This document shows, piece after piece, positions 24,965 through 30,829 of a DNA stretch of 30,829 nt. The notes beneath the pieces were generated by a model, which worked only from the letters and a program-made list of their open reading frames with translations, made no database searches and was not told where the DNA came from. The stretch spans positions 1-30,829 of the IMG/VR virus record IMGVR_UViG_3300004633_000024; one strand, written 5' to 3'. A program made the translations under genes and the position numbers. The first letter of the stretch is position 1. Each line of letters begins with the position of its first letter. Source of the stretch: a virus (lineage: Duplodnaviria > Caudoviricetes).

Positions 24965-26326
24965 TCAGCTCGACGGCGCGACATCTTCCGGCGGCGCCTC
25001 GTCGTCGAGTTCGCTCGCGTTCGGTTGTTTGCCGCCGGTGCCGACGCCGGGTCCCGGCGGCTCGCCTTTCGGCGGCCGGCCGGCGCCATCGGGCGCGGTA
25101 CCGGTCATCTCGCTACCGAGCGCCGCGGTATTGGCCGGCACGAGCAATTCGTCGGCGGCGCCGCCGCGGGCGCGCAAGCCCTCGGAGAGACGCTCCTCGT
25201 CCGGCGTCGTCAACCCCGAGAGGATGCCGAGCCGCGCCGCGTTGCGCCGCGTCATGATGTCGGCGCGCAGCAAATTGCGCTCGTCGAAATCGACCGCGAG
25301 CCCCTCATCGGCGAGATCGAAAACGCGCTCGAAGAGTTGCTCCAAGCGCTCCAAATCGGGCGCGATCGTCTCGTTCATGTAATTCTGGTCTTGCTGCGGG
25401 ATCGACATCGACGCGGCGCGGTCGACGACCCAGACCTTGTGCGGCGGAACGTTGAAGAAACGGCAGATATCGAGGACCGCAAATTCCCGCTGCTTCATAA
25501 ATTCAAGATCGACGCTGGTGAGCTGCAACGGCTTCCAGACGACCCCTTCCTCGAGGACCGCGGTGCGGCCGGTATTCTCGACGCCGGCGGTGTAGGCCTC
25601 CCACTGCGCTTTCAGGCGCTTGGCGGCGCTATCGGTGAGCTTGGTCGGCGATTCCAAGACGCCCGACGGGCGGGCGCCATTGCCCATCCAGCGCGAGGCC
25701 TGCTGCTCCAATCCCATGCCGAGACCGATCGCGTCGCGGGCGAGACCGATTTTCGAGACGCCGACGAGCGAATTGAACGACTGGCCGCGCAAATGCAGCA
25801 TATCCTCGGCCGGGATCGCGACCGGGAAATCGCGCAGCATCGCGATTTGCCATAGGCCGATGCGGTTCGTATTGTGAAAGATCGAACCGTCGGCCGCCTC
25901 GAGCACCATGACGGCGTCGGGATTGATCGGGATCAACTCGACCGGGTTGCCGCGGCGGTCGCGCAAGATCGCCGCATAGGCGTTGCCGCGTAAGAGATAG
26001 CCGACCATGAGCTGTTCGACGAATTCGAACCAGCTCTGTACGCGGTTTGGCTTGACGAAGAGTTTGGCGACCGGATGGTCGGTCACCGTCTCGCGGCTGC
26101 CGTCCTCCAGCGGCCGAAAGAGCGAGGGCGGGCAGCGCGCGACGTCGAGCGAGCGCCGGTTGACGCAGGCATAGACGGTAGCGACGCCCATCGCCGTCGC
26201 CTGGCTGATCAAGAGTCCCGAGGCCGACGGCACCGAGCCCAGCGGGGGGATCATGCCGTAAGACGGGACGCCGGCACTGGCGCGCTGCGTTCGCCCGAAG
26301 AGCGCGCGCCACAGCTCCCTAATCAT
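24965..26326 (-). CDS. Portal protein, HK97 family
   Basis: TVYACV, LLRGNAYA, MLHLRG...GVS.I, NGARPSGVL, VLEEG..WKPL, ICRFFNVPPHKV. Confidence 0.96.
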   Translation of the reverse strand: MIRELWRALFGRTQRASAGVPSYGMIPPLGSVPSASGLLISQATAMGVATVYACVNRRSLDVARCPPSLFRPLEDGSRETVTDHPVAKLFVKPNRVQSWFEFVEQLMVGYLLRGNAYAAILRDRRGNPVELIPINPDAVMVLEAADGSIFHNTNRIGLWQIAMLRDFPVAIPAEDMLHLRGQSFNSLVGVSKIGLARDAIGLGMGLEQQASRWMGNGARPSGVLESPTKLTDSAAKRLKAQWEAYTAGVENTGRTAVLEEGVVWKPLQLTSVDLEFMKQREFAVLDICRFFNVPPHKVWVVDRAASMSIPQQDQNYMNETIAPDLERLEQLFERVFDLADEGLAVDFDERNLLRADIMTRRNAARLGILSGLTTPDEERLSEGLRARGGAADELLVPANTAALGSEMTGTAPDGAGRPPKGEPPGPGVGTGGKQPNASELDDEAPPEDVAPSS

Positions 26327-26335
26327 GCGCGCTCC

Positions 26336-28156
26336 TCAAATCACCAGTAAGCCGCGGTCCTCGTAGACCGAGCGGCCGTCGCCTTGCGCGGCCTTGCCGA
26401 CCGCCATCACGAGCGCGACGAGCGGGTCGATGCGGTTGACCGCCTTGCGTTTCGAAAACCAGCGGTTATCAAATGCGTCGCGCTCGACGGCCGCCGACAT
26501 CATCGCGGCTATGAGCAGCGGCGAACCGCGAAGCTGGATCCGGCCGTCGAGCATCGCCGCCTCGAGTTCGGCGACCGAGCCCGGCATCCATAGCCCCGAT
26601 TCCTTGGCGCGGCGAATGCCGCCTTGCGGGTGCTCCTGTTGCGCAACCGTCACACCGAGCGCGTCGAGCTCTTGCTCGAATTTCGCATAGGCATAGCGGT
26701 CGTAAACGAGGCACTCGACCTCGAGCTCTTGGACAACTTCGGCGACGCGTGCCGCAACAAAATCGAGCCGGACGTGCTTTCCCGGTACCGCGTTGAGCCA
26801 GCCCTCGCGGACCCAGACGTCATAGGGCATCTGATCGCGTAGCGCGCGCTCGGCCAAGGTATCGGCCGGTGTCCACGCCTCGACCCAAGCCGAAAACGTC
26901 GGCAATCGGGCGGTCTCGCCATTCTCGCGCGGCACGTCGACAAAGCCGGTGCGCACGACGACCGCAAGCGCGGTCAAATCCTGTGTGCCCGATAGGTCGA
27001 GCCCGAGCACCGCCGGCTCGCCGGCGAATTCCTCGGGCGCGAACTCGGCGAGGCAACCCTCTAGGGTCGCGCGCGCCATCCACGCCTGCTCGGCGTCGGT
27101 CCATTCGCAGAAATGCAGACGCAAGATGCCGTTGAGCTGACCCGGGATCTGCTTCGCGCGGTTGACCAGCGAGGCCAGGTAGTCGGGCTGCACTGTCACA
27201 CCCAAGAGCGGGTTCGCTTTCGGCCAGCAGCCGGGGTCTTCGAGCGGGTCGTCGTCTTTGTCGAGCCCGCAAATAAAACTGAACGTCTCGTCGTCGATGA
27301 CTTCGCCGACGAAAGTAAAATCATCGTCCGGCGTCCGGGTTCCGGCCGCGGCGCGCGCGGCGTGCATATGCTCTTCCCAACACACCGAATTGCGGTCGCT
27401 ACCGCTATTCGTGATCATGACGAGCAGCGGTTGCCGGCGCCACTTGAAGCCGCGCTCCAAGGTCTCGATGATGCCGCGATCGGGGTGCTCGTGCACCTCG
27501 TCGCAAAGTGCGATATGGGGGCGCGGGCCCGAGCCGGTCTTGCGCTTCTCGCGGCTGATCGGCCGGAAGAAGGAGGCGGTCTCGAGGTCGGCTAGGTTCC
27601 AGACCGGGTTGCCGCCCGACGGCGTTAGGCGCCGCGCCAAGGCTGGCGATTGCTCGCGCATTGCGACGGCATCGCGGAAGAGCACGCTCGCCTGGTCCTT
27701 ATCGGCCGCGGCGGCGTAGATCTCGGCGCGCATCTCGCCGTCGGCGACGAGCCCGTAATGGCCGATCCCGGCGGCTAGAGGGCTCTTGCCGTTGCCCTTG
27801 GCGATCTCGCAATAGGCGCGCCGAAACCGCCGGGTGCCGTCGGCGCGCTTCCAGCCGAAGAGCGAGCCGACGATAAATTTCTGACTTTCGTGCAATTCGA
27901 AGGGCATGCCCTCGAACTGCCCGCCATTGAGGCGCAAAACTTCTCCGAAGAACCCGATCGCCCGTAGCGCCGCCGCGAGATCCCAGCGCACCCCGCGCTT
28001 GGGTCCGTGCTCGAGGTCCTCGAGATGGCGCCGGCATGCGTTTCGAACATGCGGCCCCGCGATGATCTCGCTTGCGCCTACGCCAAGGGCATAACTCGTA
28101 ACCGGGTCAGCCGGTGGTGAAGTATTTGGCGGCCGGATCGTCTTTTTGTTCGCCAT
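26336..28156 (-). CDS. terL: Terminase large subunit
   Basis: Walker A IAKGNGKS, Walker B LCDEVHEH, WPKANPLLG, nuclease GLDLSGTQDLTA, RIDPLVALVMA. Exact start uncertain. Confidence 0.96.
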   Translation of the reverse strand: MANKKTIRPPNTSPPADPVTSYALGVGASEIIAGPHVRNACRRHLEDLEHGPKRGVRWDLAAALRAIGFFGEVLRLNGGQFEGMPFELHESQKFIVGSLFGWKRADGTRRFRRAYCEIAKGNGKSPLAAGIGHYGLVADGEMRAEIYAAAADKDQASVLFRDAVAMREQSPALARRLTPSGGNPVWNLADLETASFFRPISREKRKTGSGPRPHIALCDEVHEHPDRGIIETLERGFKWRRQPLLVMITNSGSDRNSVCWEEHMHAARAAAGTRTPDDDFTFVGEVIDDETFSFICGLDKDDDPLEDPGCWPKANPLLGVTVQPDYLASLVNRAKQIPGQLNGILRLHFCEWTDAEQAWMARATLEGCLAEFAPEEFAGEPAVLGLDLSGTQDLTALAVVVRTGFVDVPRENGETARLPTFSAWVEAWTPADTLAERALRDQMPYDVWVREGWLNAVPGKHVRLDFVAARVAEVVQELEVECLVYDRYAYAKFEQELDALGVTVAQQEHPQGGIRRAKESGLWMPGSVAELEAAMLDGRIQLRGSPLLIAAMMSAAVERDAFDNRWFSKRKAVNRIDPLVALVMAVGKAAQGDGRSVYEDRGLLVI

Positions 28157-28595
28157 TAGCGGCACCGGCGATCCGCGAGCGCGCCGACGGTGTCATGCCG
28201 AATTCGGCGGCGTAGCGCACCATATCGGCCATCGCCTTGTTCGCGATGCCGACGAGAGGGTTTTGGATCGCGTTGCCCTCTTTTGTGCGGATCATCAGCG
28301 CGCCGGTCAGCGGATCGGCTTTCGCCATTGCCGCGAGCGCTCGTTCGGCTTGGCGCCACCGCCCGAAGGCTTGGCAATAAGCCGCGAGCGCCGCGCGATC
28401 GCACGGCGTCAAGAGCCCGAGCGCTTGCAAGCGCCGCGCGACGCGGCGCCATTCGTTCTTCGCGTCGCTGCCGAGCTCGGCCGGCGGCGCCGGAAGCCCG
28501 GCTTCGGGCCGCGGCTCAGCCGCATTGAGCGGTCGTCGGCCGGGATTGCCGGTCACGAGCTTGAGGTGCGTCGGTCGCGGTTTTCGCCCTCGCAT
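28107..28595 (-). CDS. terS: Terminase small subunit, P27 family
   Basis: MRGRKPRPTHLKLVTGNPGRRPLN...EFGMTPSARSRI. Confidence 0.95.
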   Translation of the reverse strand: MRGRKPRPTHLKLVTGNPGRRPLNAAEPRPEAGLPAPPAELGSDAKNEWRRVARRLQALGLLTPCDRAALAAYCQAFGRWRQAERALAAMAKADPLTGALMIRTKEGNAIQNPLVGIANKAMADMVRYAAEFGMTPSARSRIAGAANGEQKDDPAAKYFTTG

Positions 28596-28597
28596 CG

Positions 28598-29467
28598 CTA
28601 TGCGCCGAGTTGGACGAGCCGCATCCCGTAATTATCGACCCCGGTCGGGATTTCGATATCGTCGCGGCGGATGAGCTTGTTGCGCGCGAAATCCCTGTAG
28701 TCGACGTAGTGATGCCAGCGCCCGAAGCGCCAAACGACCTTAGCAACGTCGGGATGAAGACGAGCGATCATCCGCGACTTCGGGAGAGTCCCCTCGCGCG
28801 AATAAAAGGCGTCGGTATTGCCGCCTTTGACCGTCTGGGTCGGGAGCTTGTATTGCAAAAACGCGTTGAATTGAACCGTGCACCATCCGGCTTTGAGCAT
28901 TTGCAAGGATAGATCGGTATCTTCGTTGTAACGCCCGCGCCAGCGAAACGGCAGACCGTTGCGGACGAGGTTGCAAGAATAAATCCGGGTATTGAGCGTG
29001 AACGGCGGCCGGCTGTGCTTGCGCGAGGCGAACATGAAATAGTTCGGGCCCGCCATCGCGATATTCTTATAGCGGAGGACGAAATCCTCCATGCAGCGAA
29101 GGATCGTCCCGTCCGCAACCGGGACCTTGAGGTTGTTGTTTAGCCGGAAAAAGCCTTTGATATTATCGTCCATTACCCAGTGCCAGTCGGCACCGGCGGC
29201 AATTGCGTGCTCCCAAGCGAAATTCCGCGCCGGTCCGGGTCCCTTGCTCTTTGCGTCGCCCTCGTCGTCGCAAGCCTCGTAATTTTCTTGGTAGCGCCGG
29301 TCGAGGACGAGGATCCGCTCTTTCGGAACGACCGCGGCGTAGTCGCGATATTCTTGCTCCTCGACAACAACCGAATAGCCGACGCCGATCGCCTCGAGGG
29401 CGCGGATCGTAATCCGCGACCCCGACCGGCCTTTCGACGGGATATAGATCGGAAACCTAGGGTTCAC
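28598..29467 (-). CDS. GREB1/TAGT-like GT-A glycosyltransferase (putative DNA base modification)
   Basis: PIYIPSKGR, GPARNF.W, HWVMDDNI, NTRIYSC, WRGRYNEDTDLSL, KGGNT; GTG at 29467 overlaps the ParB stop. Confidence 0.8.
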   Translation of the reverse strand: MNPRFPIYIPSKGRSGSRITIRALEAIGVGYSVVVEEQEYRDYAAVVPKERILVLDRRYQENYEACDDEGDAKSKGPGPARNFAWEHAIAAGADWHWVMDDNIKGFFRLNNNLKVPVADGTILRCMEDFVLRYKNIAMAGPNYFMFASRKHSRPPFTLNTRIYSCNLVRNGLPFRWRGRYNEDTDLSLQMLKAGWCTVQFNAFLQYKLPTQTVKGGNTDAFYSREGTLPKSRMIARLHPDVAKVVWRFGRWHHYVDYRDFARNKLIRRDDIEIPTGVDNYGMRLVQLGA

Positions 29468-30123
29468 TCGGTCGTGTAACGCTTGTCGGCGTAGCGTTCG
29501 ATCTCGGCTTGCGGGTACCAAAGAAAGCGGGTCTTTTCGCTGATCGGCTGGCCGACAAGATCGGCAAACCGGCGGACCGCTTCCTCGTCTTTCAAATGGA
29601 TCTGGAGCGTTTTAAAAGCGACTTTCGTCCCCCGAGTGAACTCGGGCATTCCTTGCCACTCCGCGTCCGGGTCGGTCTCGGGCGCGAGCAACGCGTCGAG
29701 TTCGAGCGGCGCAAATCCGGTCAATTCGACGAGGTCGACGCGGAGGTCGCGGAGTTCGGCGAGCTCGGTGCCGAGGAGTAGGTTATCCCATTGCGAGAGC
29801 TCGGAGAGCCGGTTATCAGCGATCCGGTAAGCGCGCTTTTTCGCGTCGGACCAGCCGCGGGCTATCATGACCGGGCCCTCGGCCCAGCCGAGCTTTTCGG
29901 CGGCGAGGGCCCGACCGTGGCCGGCAATCAATTCGTCGTTCTCGTCGACGAGGAGCGGCATCGTCCAGCCCCACTCCTTCATCGAGGCGGCGATCCGGTC
30001 GACTTGCGCGTCCGAATGCTGCCGCGCGTTGCGCGCATAGGGGACGAGCTTCGCGAGCGGGCGCCGCTCGACGGCGTCGGCCGGCCAGGCGGTCGGCGTC
30101 TGCGCAGCGGTCTGTCTCTTCAA
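29464..30123 (-). CDS. ParB/Srx N-terminal domain protein
   Basis: LVPYARNARQHS..Q...IAASM.EWGW..P.LVDE...LIAGHGR..AA...AYRIADNRL; C-terminal EWQGMPEF...LWYP module. Confidence 0.9.
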   Translation of the reverse strand: MKRQTAAQTPTAWPADAVERRPLAKLVPYARNARQHSDAQVDRIAASMKEWGWTMPLLVDENDELIAGHGRALAAEKLGWAEGPVMIARGWSDAKKRAYRIADNRLSELSQWDNLLLGTELAELRDLRVDLVELTGFAPLELDALLAPETDPDAEWQGMPEFTRGTKVAFKTLQIHLKDEEAVRRFADLVGQPISEKTRFLWYPQAEIERYADKRYTTE

Positions 30124-30185
30124 AATCCCCTCCGCAGCTCGTATACGCGCGTTCTCGCCGGCGCGACAATTGGTCGGCCGAATTC

Positions 30186-30330
30186 GTTTCGCCCTATAGC
30201 GCGCCTGCGCCGTGGCCGGCCTGCCCGTAAATTAGCAGTCCGACCCCCACCTCGAATTTCGCGACTCTACGCGCGTTGGTCCGGTGCGGTTGCTGGGAGG
30301 CGGAGCGCTAGGGCGAAACCGCGCCCCTTA
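30186..30330. other. Putative cos / packaging-initiation region
   Basis: Non-coding stretch upstream of the packaging operon. The minus strand reads GGGGCG...CAACCGCACCGG...CGCGAAATTCGAGGTGGGGG, resembling HK97-type cos regions, and it is bracketed by an 11-bp inverted repeat. Confidence 0.5.
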
Positions 30331-30604
30331 TCAAAAGCCGCGGTTAAGGCCGGCGGTACGCGTTAGCAGGACGTTCGGCATACTCGCGATACTCGCCAAG
30401 CCAATCGAACGGTTTGAATTTCTCATCCGGGCGAGAAGGTGAGATTGTTAGAGCGGAGTTAAGGCTGGCGATACGGCCAGCCGGCGGCGTTGCAGCCTTT
30501 CGCGACGGCGACGCCGCCACGCGTGGCTCGAGCCTAGCAAAGCTGCAGGCGATGCTTGCGCAGTCGATGCCATCTGACGACATCCGTGCACAAGGGGAAC
30601 TGAG

Positions 30605-30772
30605 ATGACGTACCTTGAGATCCTTCAGTGGCAAGCCAATGCGATGACCGCTGAGCTTTGCGGCCCATGGTATGGGACATCGGCTGAAGAGGGGCGGCAG
30701 CGAGTTCGTCTGCTGCTTTTGCGCCAAATGATCGAGCGCGAGTTCCACAGGACGCGGCGAAGTGTCGCCTAA
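30605..30772 (+). CDS. 55-aa hypothetical protein
   Basis: AAGGGG RBS, MTYLEILQWQANAMTAELCGPW...; no recognisable motif. Confidence 0.3.
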   Translation: MTYLEILQWQANAMTAELCGPWYGTSAEEGRQRVRLLLLRQMIEREFHRTRRSVA

Positions 30773-30829
30773 CGACATTCGCGCGCTGCGCGAGCGGCTC
30801 GGGTTAGCTCGCGCGCCACTCTGCGAAAA

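Noticed and set aside
1731-28595. Gene transfer agent
   Set aside because: The tail-tip cassette is GTA-like, but the 1046-aa tape measure, P27 small terminase, ParB module, cos-like region and morons indicate a genuine phage.
30344-30778. 144-aa minus-strand ORF as a possible HNH nuclease
   Set aside because: No HNH or CxxC pattern; coding status is unclear.
1-30829. CRISPR array, tRNA/rRNA, integrase, IS elements, lysis cassette, and the many other Arg/Ala-rich overlapping ORFs
   Set aside because: No repeat-spacer array or recognisable motifs were seen; the overlapping ORFs are typical high-GC shadow frames of real genes.

Overview
GC-rich window holding an almost complete virion-morphogenesis region of a long-tailed (siphovirus-type) phage or prophage, transcribed on the minus strand. 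Order from right to left: putative cos region, ParB-like protein, GREB1/TAGT-like glycosyltransferase, terminase small and large subunits, HK97-type portal, prohead protease and major capsid protein, then a ~6 kb accessory block, head-tail connector, neck and terminator proteins, tail tube, tail assembly chaperone with a -1 frameshift site, a plus-strand moron with an acyltransferase, tape measure protein with a lysozyme-like domain, a DUF2460/DUF2163/NlpC-P60/tail-tip cassette, a tail fibre and a signal-peptide protein. The tail-tip cassette type is common in Alphaproteobacteria, so the host assignment is an inference. The most interesting element is the block between capsid and connector: a radical SAM enzyme, an FkbM methyltransferase, a double GT-A glycosyltransferase, small peptides and Ser/Thr-rich decoration-like proteins, which suggests a phage-encoded virion glycosylation and tailoring system. 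Other signals are a 40-bp structured leader duplicated in front of the capsid gene and an accessory gene, a split tail-tip gene, a glycosyltransferase relic, and several sub-60-aa ORFs missing from the ORF track. All family calls come from motif recognition by eye; no searches were run.
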